From Spirochaetota bacterium (GTDB lineage Bacteria; Spirochaetota; UBA4802; JAFGDQ01), in the NCBI GenBank assembly GCA_043803405.1, contig JAZDKB010000015.1, forward strand, positions 174,780 to 238,779: a stretch of 64,000 nucleotides of DNA, read 5' to 3'. Positions 9,792 through 19,605 of this stretch are shown here, piece after piece. How positions within the stretch are numbered: the first letter of the stretch is position 1; every line of letters begins with the position of its first letter. The notes under the pieces are model-generated. The model was not told the origin of the DNA and did no database searches. It saw only the letters and a program-made list of their open reading frames with translations. A program made the position numbers and the translations under genes.

Positions 9792-10154
9792 TCAAATGCT
9801 TTTTACAATCTCAAGCAATTCATCCGGATTTATCGGTTTTCCCAGTATCCCATTTACTCCGGATGTGCATTCATTAAGGTTATTAGCCGTAAAAAAATTC
9901 ATATTGCCGAAAAAATAGATTTTTACATCCATATTTTTTTTTCGCATTCTTTTTACGACATCAATGCTTCTGGTTATTTGTTCGGCCATTATGTTATATA
10001 TAACCAGGCATGGTTTTTCAGCTTCGAATTTTTTATAACCATTCTCGCTATTCAAGGCTGTTACCACATGGAATTTGCCGGATTCCAGCGTATTACTTAA
10101 TGAAGACAGCACTTCAGGATCATCATCAATTATCAATATCTTCTTTTTTGCCAT
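9792..10154 (-). CDS. single-domain response regulator (atypical receiver)
   Basis: ILIIDDD and KP motifs present; the phospho-acceptor Asp position reads N (VIYNI). Confidence 0.75.
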   Translation of the reverse strand: MAKKKILIIDDDPEVLSSLSNTLESGKFHVVTALNSENGYKKFEAEKPCLVIYNIMAEQITRSIDVVKRMRKKNMDVKIYFFGNMNFFTANNLNECTSGVNGILGKPINPDELLEIVKSI

Positions 10155-10415
10155 GATAAACAGTTTCCTGACATCATTAAAAAAAGCATAATGCGGAATT
10201 CATTATAGATCATATTAAGCCGGTAACAAAATGTTTAATTTTCAGCAGGTTTTAATATCTTAAGATAATAAGGAAAAATCCGCTAATCTCTGTCTGACTG
10301 CTGAAATCTGTTTTAATGGTCGGAAATTTATTTTTTTATTTACTATGCGCTTAATTCACTAAAAAAGTAAATTCTTAATAATTGTTATTTTATTATAACA
10401 AAAATTAGGGATATG

Positions 10416-11081
10416 TTATTTATGATGCATTATTACCCACTGGATGGCGTTTCTGGTAAGTTCCGAAGAATCTTTAATACGAAGCTTTTCTTTAATATTT
10501 TTTTTATGGCTTTCAACAGTATATATGCTAAGACTTAATTTATTTGCAATTTCTTTGGTGCTGAAACCATTGCCTATAAACTGATAAATTTCAAATTCCC
10601 TGTTGCTTAAATTTTCAATAGTTAAATCCGAACCTCCCTGTTTGTGAATCAGCTTATTAAGCAGCTTTTTTGATAATTCGCTGCTTAGATAAAGTTCGTC
10701 ATTTAATACAGTGCGTACGGCATTGATAATGTTTTTTGCCGCATCTTCTTTCATTATATATCCATGCGCGCCCGATTTGATCGCCCTTTCGGCATATATC
10801 GATTCGCTGTGCATAGACAGTACAAGTGTATAGATATCCGGAAATCTTTCTTTTATTGACCGTATCAGATCGATCCCGTTAACATTCCCCGAAAGTGTTA
10901 TATCAATTATAGCAACATCCGGCTTGTCGCGGTTGATAATCTCCATTGCCTCATTCGCGCTGGCTGCTTCTCCGCTTATTACAAGATCGCTTTCTTTCTC
11001 CAGAACTCTCTTAATTCCCTGCCTCAGAATTGGATGATCATCAACGATTAATACTTTTTTAATTTCTTTATTTTCGTTCAT
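10416..11081 (-). CDS. NarL/LuxR-family response regulator
   Basis: VDDHPILR, IIDITL and VLSMH; LSNRE...EIA..L.LSIYTVESH HTH. Confidence 0.93.
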   Translation of the reverse strand: MNENKEIKKVLIVDDHPILRQGIKRVLEKESDLVISGEAASANEAMEIINRDKPDVAIIDITLSGNVNGIDLIRSIKERFPDIYTLVLSMHSESIYAERAIKSGAHGYIMKEDAAKNIINAVRTVLNDELYLSSELSKKLLNKLIHKQGGSDLTIENLSNREFEIYQFIGNGFSTKEIANKLSLSIYTVESHKKNIKEKLRIKDSSELTRNAIQWVIMHHK

Positions 11082-11099
11082 AATGAATTACCAAAAGTA

Positions 11100-11942
11100 T
11101 TAAATTGAATTTTCATATTTATTTGGCTCTGTTTTTATTTCCAGAACGGCTTTAACTTCAAAACCCTTTTTACTGCGGTTACCTGCAAAAAATTCCGCGC
11201 CAATTATAGCAGCTCTGTATTTCATAATTCTCAGACCCATGCCGTTTCCCATCTCGCCTGCTTTACAGCCGCTTCCATCGTCAATGACAACCAGCTTGAT
11301 TTTGTTGTTCTCTGATTTCATGCAGATATGAATGTTTTTTGCTCTTCCGTGCTTAATAGCATTTGTAACTGCTTCGCGGGCAATATAATAAAGATGATTC
11401 GCAGCCTGATTATCATCCAGTAAAAAATCTCCTTTACTGGAAATTTTACATGATACGCTAAAAACCTTCTCAATAGTCGAGGCCATTTCACTCAAAGCCG
11501 AATAAAGTCCGTTTTTATTCATCTCAACAGGATAAAGCACTTTTGAAATACTTCTGGTCTGAATAATCGATTTTCTTACCAGATTATTAATCTCATCAAT
11601 ATCGTCCAGTGCTTCATTGTATTTCTCTTTCAGTTTTTCCCTTAGAGCTTCTATTAAAAAAGTAACAGCCGTAAGGTTTTGCCCAATGCCGTCGTGTAAA
11701 TCCTCACCTATCCGTTGCCTTTCTTTTTCCGCTATCTGCATAATTTCTTTCTGAAGTATTCTTGTTTCATTTAATGCTTCAAATTTTATCTCTTCAGCCC
11801 GTCTTCGCTCATCGATCTCTATTTGCAGTTTGCTTGTATGTATCTGGCTAAGTTCTTCCAAACGTTTCTTATATTTTTCTATTTCAGTCTCAGCATGCCT
11901 TTTATTAGATGTGTTTTTTAATATCTTTTCCAGTCTTTTCAT
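11100..11942 (-). CDS. cytoplasmic sensor histidine kinase (HisKA_3 + HATPase)
   Basis: ERQRIGEDLHDGIGQ, EAVTNAIKH, DDGSG and GMGLRIM; no transmembrane segment. Confidence 0.88.
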   Translation of the reverse strand: MKRLEKILKNTSNKRHAETEIEKYKKRLEELSQIHTSKLQIEIDERRRAEEIKFEALNETRILQKEIMQIAEKERQRIGEDLHDGIGQNLTAVTFLIEALREKLKEKYNEALDDIDEINNLVRKSIIQTRSISKVLYPVEMNKNGLYSALSEMASTIEKVFSVSCKISSKGDFLLDDNQAANHLYYIAREAVTNAIKHGRAKNIHICMKSENNKIKLVVIDDGSGCKAGEMGNGMGLRIMKYRAAIIGAEFFAGNRSKKGFEVKAVLEIKTEPNKYENSI

Positions 11943-12141
11943 AAAGTTGTTGCCTAATAAACAATTCCGTATATTAGTATTTTCATTTGTTATTCCGGCA
12001 GTTTCATCCGGCTAATAGTATACATACAAATTCTAAAAAGCTTTATAATATTTTTAAATCAAGCATAAAAAGTTATTTATCGCAATTATCAAAGAATGTT
12101 AAATATGCGAATTAAAACATATATGCCTGAAGAAATTAAAA

Positions 12142-12672
12142 ATGAATAAAACCAATTCAAATATTATTAAAATCAACTGGATCAACGACAAATCGTTCCA
12201 CAGTGCGCTTGTGCCGGGTTATTCCGGAAAGAAAAAGACCAGGAAGTTAAAAGAGTTTTCTAAATCAAAAGGCAATTGTTTTTTTTCAAATGGAATATCG
12301 CATGGATTAATTGATTTTGTATACAGGGCAGTAATTAATTTAAAACTTAAAGATAAAAAGCTGATTTTTTCCAAGGGAGCGGTAAAAATAAACGGAATAT
12401 CTGCGCTAAATGCCGTTGCAGTTAGGGAACTGGACTGGGATGTAGGAATATCAATACGAATACCGCATAAATTAAATCATAATAAAAAAATAGTATTATT
12501 AATAGACGATAAACATTATACTTTTAAAGTGATGGAAATCATTGTACTTGCAGCCCTTTTACGAATTGTATACCCGAAGAAAGCACTAAAATGGTGTTCG
12601 GATAAAGCTGTTTTTATTTTAGCATACGGCTGGAATTATCTTATACTTACAAATAAAGAAATAAAAAAATAA
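12142..12672 (+). CDS. hypothetical protein
   Basis: 176-aa ORF filling an intergenic gap; no recognised motif. Confidence 0.45.
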   Translation: MNKTNSNIIKINWINDKSFHSALVPGYSGKKKTRKLKEFSKSKGNCFFSNGISHGLIDFVYRAVINLKLKDKKLIFSKGAVKINGISALNAVAVRELDWDVGISIRIPHKLNHNKKIVLLIDDKHYTFKVMEIIVLAALLRIVYPKKALKWCSDKAVFILAYGWNYLILTNKEIKK

Positions 12673-12782
12673 AAAAAGATTGATTTTTTATTAATTCTTT
12701 AAATAATAACTTATCAGCAAAAAAGTTAAATTATAATATTTTGATAATTGTAAGTCCTTATTAAATATAAAGAGAGGCAACC

Positions 12783-13388
12783 ATGGCAGTAAACACAAAA
12801 AATAGCTCAAAAACAGGAGCAAAAACTTCCGCTCAAAAGAAAGGCGCATCAAAACAAGCAAAAAAGCCGGAAAAGAAAGCATCGTCAAAAACTGTTGTGA
12901 AATCCGGCGCTGCTCAAAAAACAGCTATTGATAAAAACTCAACAGAAACCAGTAAAGCCTTTGACAAAAAAATAGATGAATTGGCTCAAAAAAGCGCTTC
13001 TGTTCAAAAACAGAACGAAAAATCAAAATCTTCGATGAAAACATATATCGGTATATTAGTTATTCTTATAGCAGCTGTACTTGTTTATTTCTTATATCCG
13101 AAAGGGAAACCGGCGACTGTAAAAGATCAGGCTATCCCCAAAGAACCGGCTGCACCTGCTCCTGAAGCAAAAGCAATCGAGCCAAAAACCGAGGCAGCAA
13201 AGCCAAAAACGGGCGATGTAATAATATATAAAGTAAAGTACAAAGACCAGTTAACCGAAATAAGCAAACAGCAGTATGGCAGTTTTAAAGAATGGAAACG
13301 TATTTATGAAGCCAATAAAGATAAAATAAAAAATCCCAACCTGATATATCCAGGCCAGGAATTCATTATACCCAAGATTGAAAAATAA
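12783..13388 (+). CDS. membrane-anchored LysM-domain protein
   Basis: Lys-rich N-terminus, one TM segment, Pro/Ala linker and C-terminal LysM (YKVKYKDQLTEIS..WKRIYEAN..NPNLIYPGQ); GAGG RBS. Confidence 0.88.
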   Translation: MAVNTKNSSKTGAKTSAQKKGASKQAKKPEKKASSKTVVKSGAAQKTAIDKNSTETSKAFDKKIDELAQKSASVQKQNEKSKSSMKTYIGILVILIAAVLVYFLYPKGKPATVKDQAIPKEPAAPAPEAKAIEPKTEAAKPKTGDVIIYKVKYKDQLTEISKQQYGSFKEWKRIYEANKDKIKNPNLIYPGQEFIIPKIEK

Positions 13389-13400
13389 TCTACGACAACT

Positions 13401-13424
13401 AGAGACAGCTGAAAGGCTGTCTCT
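13401..13424. terminator. hairpin between convergent LysM and alr genes
   Basis: Stem AGAGACAGC / GCTGTCTCT. Confidence 0.55.
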
Positions 13425-13448
13425 GGCATAGCCTCTAATTATAAGCAT

Positions 13449-14567
13449 TTAGCTGATATATACCTTCTGTACTCTTTTGGAAATACCGCAAGTCACTTCA
13501 TAAGGTATTGTGCCTATCAATTCCGCTATTGTCTCTGCTGTAACTTTATCTTTACCGAAAAGGACTACTTCAGTGCCAACCGGATATTCGTCATTGCCGA
13601 GATCAACGAGTATTTGATCCATGCAAACACGTCCCGCTACCCAATACATTTTTCCGCTGATAATTACGCAGGCCTTATTCGAAAGAAACCTGCTGTAACC
13701 GTCACCGTAACCGGCAGGTATTGTAGCAATATTAGTATCGGACCCGGTTTTATACGTAAGTCCGTACGAAAGAGGCGTATCCTTCTTAACCCTCTTTATA
13801 AAAACAATACAGCTTTTAAATGTCATTGAAGGTATCAACTTAACACTGGAATTACAGTTCCTGGATGGTCTGTATCCATAAGCCATAATTCCCGGACGCA
13901 CCATGTTGAACATTGATTCTTTGTAGTTAAGTATTGCTGCGCTATTGGCCATGTGTCTGTATTTAACATCTAATTTATTTTTTTCAAATTCAATAATTAA
14001 TGATTTAAAGATATTTATCTGGTTCCGTGTAAATTCCGATTCGGGATCATCAGGTACAGGGCAATGTGTAAAAATGCCTTCGAGGATAACACCCGGAAGG
14101 ACTGAAATTCGTTTACCGATTTCCAGCGCTTCATTTGGCATACACCCTATTCTACCCATTCCTGTGTCGATTTTCAAATGCAGTTTTAGAGTTTTCCTTT
14201 TTTTAGATGCTGCAGCCGATATCATTTCTGCAAGGCTAAGATCAGCCACTGTCTGGGAAATATTGTAGTCGAGCAATGCTTCAATCTCTTCTTTGCGCGG
14301 AAGTATTAACCCGAGATTTAACACCGGAAGTTTTATGCCTGCTTCACGGAGTTCTATCCCCTCTACAGGCGAGGACACGCCAAGCATATCAGCAAGGCTG
14401 TTTTCCTCAGCCAGCCTGGATACCTGAACCGCGCCGTGGCCATAGCCGTCGGCCTTCACTGCAAGAAGAACGGATTTATTATCAGTGTGTTTTTTTATCG
14501 ACTCAAGATTTTTTCGTATAGCAGTCAGGTCGATTTCTATATATGTTTTCTTTAAAATATTCTTCAT
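13449..14567 (-). CDS. alr: alanine racemase
   Basis: AVKADGYGHG (PLP lysine), HLKIDTGMGRIG, VRPGI and GRVCMDQ. Confidence 0.95.
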   Translation of the reverse strand: MKNILKKTYIEIDLTAIRKNLESIKKHTDNKSVLLAVKADGYGHGAVQVSRLAEENSLADMLGVSSPVEGIELREAGIKLPVLNLGLILPRKEEIEALLDYNISQTVADLSLAEMISAAASKKRKTLKLHLKIDTGMGRIGCMPNEALEIGKRISVLPGVILEGIFTHCPVPDDPESEFTRNQINIFKSLIIEFEKNKLDVKYRHMANSAAILNYKESMFNMVRPGIMAYGYRPSRNCNSSVKLIPSMTFKSCIVFIKRVKKDTPLSYGLTYKTGSDTNIATIPAGYGDGYSRFLSNKACVIISGKMYWVAGRVCMDQILVDLGNDEYPVGTEVVLFGKDKVTAETIAELIGTIPYEVTCGISKRVQKVYIS

Positions 14568-14877
14568 TGATATATATGTTCAAAGCATTATTTATGTTAA
14601 TTATTTATCCTGACTGACTTTTCCGTGATATTATAATCAGGTTAGAAATATATGTTGTTGCTCAATTATAATAAATACATTTTTTTATCAAGGTATATTT
14701 TTACCTGGAAAAATCTTTATTAGAGTCCGTGGATGGAGTATTTGCGGCGGTATAGCCGGAAAAATCGTGTATCTCATTAACATAAAATAATTGCCGAATA
14801 TTGCTTGACTGATATGCAAATAATGTATAAAAATCAAACCTATATAATAAAATTATCAAAATTCAGGGATATTTTTT

Positions 14878-15537
14878 ATGAAAAAACTAGCTTTAATCCT
14901 AATAATACCAATAATTATCATAATGTCGGCAAGTGCATTCCCGTACGCAAAAACCATGGACGGGAAAATAGGCACAGGTTATGCTTCCGATCCTGAAAAA
15001 TTCGGATGGCAATTAAACTTCGCATGGCTTGCAGATCTTGATCCGTTCTTCGCCCTCGGCTTTGAGCCCGGTTTTTACTGGGCTACATGGGAGAAGAAAG
15101 TAAGCAGCGTAGAAGTCGGCGAAGTAGGCGCCAATGTAAAAGCCGACTCGGACGCGTATATTATTCCCGTACTCGCAGACGCGCAGATACGTTTCCCGAA
15201 CCTGCAAAGCAGACTGCATGTAATTCCGTACCTTACTCTTGGCCTCGGCTATTCATTCATGATTTTGCATTATGCTACGCCCGAATATGACGATTCCGGA
15301 GGACAACATCACGACTCCGATACCCAGACAAAATTCTTCCATGGATTTACATGGCAGTTAATGCTAGGGATGGCTTACGATCCTGGCCAATCGTCAAAGA
15401 TAAAATTTATTGCTGAAGTCGGCTACAGAGGAGCAAAGCTTTCCAAAGGCAACCTGGAAATTGATATGTCGGGAGTTGTGTTAAATATCGGAGTAAAATA
15501 TCCGCTCGGGGAATCCGAACCGGCAAAATCGATATAA
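14878..15537 (+). CDS. outer-membrane beta-barrel-like protein
   Basis: Signal peptide and alternating amphipathic beta strands (PYLTLGLGY, EVGYR, NIGVKY). Confidence 0.65.
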   Translation: MKKLALILIIPIIIIMSASAFPYAKTMDGKIGTGYASDPEKFGWQLNFAWLADLDPFFALGFEPGFYWATWEKKVSSVEVGEVGANVKADSDAYIIPVLADAQIRFPNLQSRLHVIPYLTLGLGYSFMILHYATPEYDDSGGQHHDSDTQTKFFHGFTWQLMLGMAYDPGQSSKIKFIAEVGYRGAKLSKGNLEIDMSGVVLNIGVKYPLGESEPAKSI

Positions 15538-15564
15538 ACTAATTATGCAATCTTATTACTATAC

Positions 15565-15595
15565 CGGGCTGCACTCACAAGGCAGCCCGTTTTTA
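15565..15595 (+). terminator. intrinsic terminator between convergent genes
   Basis: Stem CGGGCTGC / GCAGCCCG followed by a T-tract. Confidence 0.7.
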
Positions 15596-15603
15596 TTATT
15601 TTT

Positions 15604-17133
15604 TTATTTCTCCAGCAGTTTAAATTCAGTACGCCTGTTCTTTTCATCAAAGCCCGGGCCCATCTGCGGGATTATCGGCTTTCTTTTGCCGAAGCCCCTG
15701 ATCGCAAATCTGTCTTTGGATATTCCTTTGCTGATCAGATAATCCATTACAGATTTTGCCCTTGCCATGCTCAGTTTATCGTTAAAGTCATCCGAGCCGT
15801 GAAGATCGGTATGTCCTATTATCTCAAAACGCATTGAAGCATGTTTCTTTACATATTCAGCAAATGCATCGAGATACGGAAACGACTCAGGCTTGATTTT
15901 CGCAGACTCAAAATCGAAATAAATTGAATGGATATCGAAGCTTGCTTCTTTCTCAATCGGAGAAAGCTCAAATATCTGCGGCTTTCCTTTTAGAGCAGCT
16001 ATATCGATTGAATCAAAAAGAGGCAGATATCCTTCTTCATTTATAAAAACATCCAGATTCTTTACCTGCGGTTTATGTTTTACCAGGGCTTCACCTTTAG
16101 CATCTGTTCTTTTTTTAATCTCGTATGTTGCCGGACTTTTATCGCCTTCTTTTACTTTTGTAGATAACTTCATTTCAGTTTCCACGGGCTTTTTGGTTTT
16201 TTTATCGCGGACAATTATTTTTAATGTATCGTCCTGAACTGATATCCCTGCTGTATATATATCGTATGAACCGTATCCGCCTTCCCTGTCCGAACAGAAA
16301 TATATTGAATCATTTATCAATGAAAGATTAGTCTCATTCTTCGGCGAATTTATTTCAGAGCCAAGATTTACCGGTTTCCCGAACGCCCCGTTTTCGTACT
16401 TCACGTAATACATATCCCAGCCGCCATATCCGCCCGCCCTTCTTGAAGAAAAGAAAAAGCCTTTGCCGTCCAGCGAGGGCACTAGCCCGGTATCCTGTGC
16501 GTTAACATTTACAGGCACAGGAAGCGGTTCAGGATTGATGAACTCGCCGTCGCTGTACGCAGCTTTCATGATGCGCGCCCTGCTGACATCTCCGAAAGGC
16601 ATGCTGGTATAATACAGGGTAAGCGCGTCAGAGCTAAGGCTGGGGCTTCGCTCATGGCTTATAGTGTTTATTGCACCGGGCACTTTGATGGGGCTTGACC
16701 ATCTTCCTTCAACATTTTTACTTACATAAAGATCGAAAGATACTTTAATCTGCCCGGACATATCTTTAGGCATTTCAAAACTGCCGTCCCTGTCGGAAGA
16801 AAAAAATATAAATGAGCCGTCGGGCGTAATATATGGGCTTTCATCATCGTACCTGGAATTAATTTCACTTATAGGCACGGGATTTGTCCATGCATCGTTC
16901 TTATAGTAGCTGATGTATATATGCTGATACCCGCTGCTGCCGCGCTTGGAGTTGAACACAAGGGTTTTACCGTCTGCAGTAAAGGAAGGAGCAAAATCCG
17001 CGCCGGCAGAATTTATAGGAGGTCCAATGTTCAAGACTTTATCAACATGAATAGTCTGCGCACTTATCTGTATTTTTATTAATAAGCATATAACAATTAA
17101 AGCTGACTGCAGTAATACTCTCCGGATGTGCAT
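15604..17133 (-). CDS. OmpA-family protein with PD40/WD40-like repeats
   Basis: Repeated 'INS..D.AP....DG..FSS.R.GG.G..DIY' units and a C-terminal OmpA domain (IYFDF, GHTD, LSMARA, NRRTEF). Confidence 0.9.
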   Translation of the reverse strand: MHIRRVLLQSALIVICLLIKIQISAQTIHVDKVLNIGPPINSAGADFAPSFTADGKTLVFNSKRGSSGYQHIYISYYKNDAWTNPVPISEINSRYDDESPYITPDGSFIFFSSDRDGSFEMPKDMSGQIKVSFDLYVSKNVEGRWSSPIKVPGAINTISHERSPSLSSDALTLYYTSMPFGDVSRARIMKAAYSDGEFINPEPLPVPVNVNAQDTGLVPSLDGKGFFFSSRRAGGYGGWDMYYVKYENGAFGKPVNLGSEINSPKNETNLSLINDSIYFCSDREGGYGSYDIYTAGISVQDDTLKIIVRDKKTKKPVETEMKLSTKVKEGDKSPATYEIKKRTDAKGEALVKHKPQVKNLDVFINEEGYLPLFDSIDIAALKGKPQIFELSPIEKEASFDIHSIYFDFESAKIKPESFPYLDAFAEYVKKHASMRFEIIGHTDLHGSDDFNDKLSMARAKSVMDYLISKGISKDRFAIRGFGKRKPIIPQMGPGFDEKNRRTEFKLLEK

Positions 17134-17231
17134 AAATCCTCCTTAAAAATAGTATATCGTAATAAGATATTATTTTAATATTCAAAAGCAAATATTTTTT
17201 TGAATTTAAAAGGATTATTGCCGGATTTAAT

Positions 17232-17504
17232 TTAAATTGTGCGTGATCTTTTCGTACGTATTCTCTTTATTGGACGACTTTTAATTTGGGTAGTTTTATT
17301 TGCGAGTTGTATTAAGGATAATAGAGCCGAGTTTACTGCTTCTTCATTTTGAAAGATATCGGCAACTTCCGGTTTAAGCACAATGACGTTTGATGATTCT
17401 TTTATACGTTTAGTATATTTACCGCGTACAAATCCTTTTGCAAAATCCTCTATTTTATACTCGGCGCGAAGTTCATCATTTTTCTTTTGATTAATTTTCT
17501 TCAT
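17232..17504 (-). CDS. BrnA-like antitoxin
   Basis: DELRAEY...VRGKY...V.L.PEVA..F....VN.AL pattern; overlaps the brnT stop. Confidence 0.7.
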   Translation of the reverse strand: MKKINQKKNDELRAEYKIEDFAKGFVRGKYTKRIKESSNVIVLKPEVADIFQNEEAVNSALLSLIQLANKTTQIKSRPIKRIRTKRSRTI

Positions 17505-17763
17505 ATATCTTTCTTTCACCTCGAGTTGCTGGTCGGGCACTAATTATTCTTATAATTTCACCATCATCGGTATGCGCTACTACTAATAAGCGACCTTGTT
17601 TTGACAGGCCGAAAGTAATATATCGCTTTTCTGTAAGTGAATGGTCAGGATCAAATCCAGTCGCGGACATTGGGTCATTCAGAGCAGTAACGGGTTCCTC
17701 AAACGAAACTTCGTGTTTTTTTAAATTTGATCTTGCTTTATTTGAGTCCCATTCAAATTTCAT
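17491..17763 (-). CDS. brnT: BrnT-family toxin
   Basis: MKFEWDSNKARSNLKKHEVSFEE...IRIISARPAT..ER..YE. Confidence 0.9.
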   Translation of the reverse strand: MKFEWDSNKARSNLKKHEVSFEEPVTALNDPMSATGFDPDHSLTEKRYITFGLSKQGRLLVVAHTDDGEIIRIISARPATRGERKIYEEN

Positions 17764-17884
17764 TATTTATAAAATAAAACTTCTAATTGAGTTGTCAACC
17801 TATTAAAAAGCTATCCAAATATATTTTTCTGGCCAAACTGCAATATAGAATGCTTCCTAAAACCAAAAGGTTGAACGATGCTCA

Positions 17885-18062
17885 ATGGGCTGTCACAAAA
17901 ACAAAACTGCCGATTAACACGTGTTATATAAATAATAAACGTTGTCATTTTTGCCGAAAGGAGAAATCTCAAGAAAATAGATTTCTCACCCTGCTTTCCG
18001 TCGACTTCGATCGGGATTCGCAGGGTTCGAAATTACATTACCTGTTTTTAAGCCAGCCCCAT
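17885..18062. repeat. MITE-like element enclosing a TGTCAT...GAGAAATCT/AGATTTCTC REP-type palindrome
   Basis: Imperfect terminal IRs ATGGGCTGTCACAAAAAC / GTTTTTAAGCCAGCCCCAT; the inner palindrome (17943-18037) is related to 37130-37205. Confidence 0.55.
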
Positions 18063-18089
18063 GACTTATCTAGTGAAAAAGAAGCTTAC

Positions 18090-19079
18090 TCATCTGCTTT
18101 CTATAGTTAAATATACCATTGTCTGATTTAATAATTGATACGCGATCTCGCCGAAAGTGATTGGGCCTGTTACACCGCCTGTCTTTTTCCCTTCCAGTTC
18201 GGAATAAAGATAATTCAGAATACAGTTGCACGAGAAAAAAATAGCATTCGCATCTTTACTGGGCATTTGCTCATTAAAACATGATACATAATCCCCAACG
18301 GGAGCTGCGAGTTTATATTCAATTCCCTTGAATATTGGGGCATAAAAATTTACTTTTTTCTGCTCTTTATCTATGCTCTGGAAGCTTGTATTAACCATTG
18401 CGCCTAAATAATCCGCAACCAGCGGCAGCTTTGTATCCGCTTTTATCTCTGTAAGATACTCGGCAAAATTTCTTTTTTTGCCGTTTATAAACGCATCAAC
18501 TGCATAGAATGCATCCATGGGGAACGTAATTGTATCTCCGGTGCTCTGTTCAAAAATATTAATAATATTAATATTTGCGTATTTATTATCAGGAAGAGTG
18601 ACGTGCATTACAACAGCGCCATCCTCAATTATCTCTTTATTTTGGCCGGAAAATACCTTAGGAGTAATTTTCCCTAAATTTTCAAGATTTATGCCGGATA
18701 TCCACCCAATCAGGGGTTTTGTTCCAAATCCGTCAAAGCCCGGAGCATTAAGCGCAAACTGCAGATGTGTCGTGCTTGTTGCAGGAATAATGATGACGCT
18801 TAATCCGTTTGCAGGAGCATCTTTAAAAACTTTTTCAATATTTGCAGCATTATATTTTTTTATGCTTACTTCCTTAACATATGATGGGATCTCGGTTACA
18901 CAGATTTTATCCGTAGAAAACACTCCTCCGTTTTCAGCCATAAAGTACGGGATTGTGCCGGCGATCCATTTTCCAGAGGGTATCTGTTTAAGCAATTCCT
19001 CGTCACCGGCAAGAATGAGACCCTGTCCCCCGGCAATTTTTTCTTTAACTTCGCTTAATGTATACATTACTCTTTTCAT
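18090..19079 (-). CDS. DUF6976-like (FIST-like) protein
   Basis: LAGDE, WIAGTIPYFM, PLIGWISG, FSCNCILNYLY and GPITFGEIAYQLLNQT; family recalled from memory. Confidence 0.7.
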   Translation of the reverse strand: MKRVMYTLSEVKEKIAGGQGLILAGDEELLKQIPSGKWIAGTIPYFMAENGGVFSTDKICVTEIPSYVKEVSIKKYNAANIEKVFKDAPANGLSVIIIPATSTTHLQFALNAPGFDGFGTKPLIGWISGINLENLGKITPKVFSGQNKEIIEDGAVVMHVTLPDNKYANINIINIFEQSTGDTITFPMDAFYAVDAFINGKKRNFAEYLTEIKADTKLPLVADYLGAMVNTSFQSIDKEQKKVNFYAPIFKGIEYKLAAPVGDYVSCFNEQMPSKDANAIFFSCNCILNYLYSELEGKKTGGVTGPITFGEIAYQLLNQTMVYLTIESR

Positions 19080-19324
19080 TTAATTCCTCCTGCATTCAGT
19101 ATTTTTTCAAAATCGCTATGCGCTACAGGGAACATTGCGCTGTTTTTAAAGAATTCGCGTAATTCAATAATGCAGCTGAGCAAATTGGATTCCGACGGAT
19201 CGACTTTTACTTTGAGCTGCAATCGTACGACCAGGAACTTTAAACCCAGAAATTCGAACTTGCAATCCAGCTTCTGCAACAATAACTTTTTCCATAATTC
19301 ATCCGGAACTCTTGTTATATCCAT
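19076..19324 (-). CDS. small hypothetical protein coupled to the DUF6976-like gene
   Basis: GGAGGA RBS before ATG 19324; 4-bp overlap with the downstream gene. Confidence 0.65.
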   Translation of the reverse strand: MDITRVPDELWKKLLLQKLDCKFEFLGLKFLVVRLQLKVKVDPSESNLLSCIIELREFFKNSAMFPVAHSDFEKILNAGGIK

Positions 19325-19605
19325 ACTTCCTCCTTCAATAGTATTAACAATTAAAGAATTCAATTTAAATAGATCCTTTAACGATTGAGGAATACGCTTT
19401 TGCGTTTTTCCAGGTATAAAGTAAAAAGTAAACGGACTTTTGATCTAATGAAATTGATTAAAAATAATAAAAAGATTATATCACTATTTTTAAAAAAGTC
19501 AAAATAATTCTGGTAATATTTTTAATAATATCTAAACAATATCAGATCTCATTTTATAATTACGTACTTATTTAAATTCATATTTCTACGATGACTTGTA
19601 TACTT

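Noticed and set aside
17787..18110. 107-aa plus-strand ORF
   Set aside because: Runs through the MITE/REP element and has no recognisable domain.
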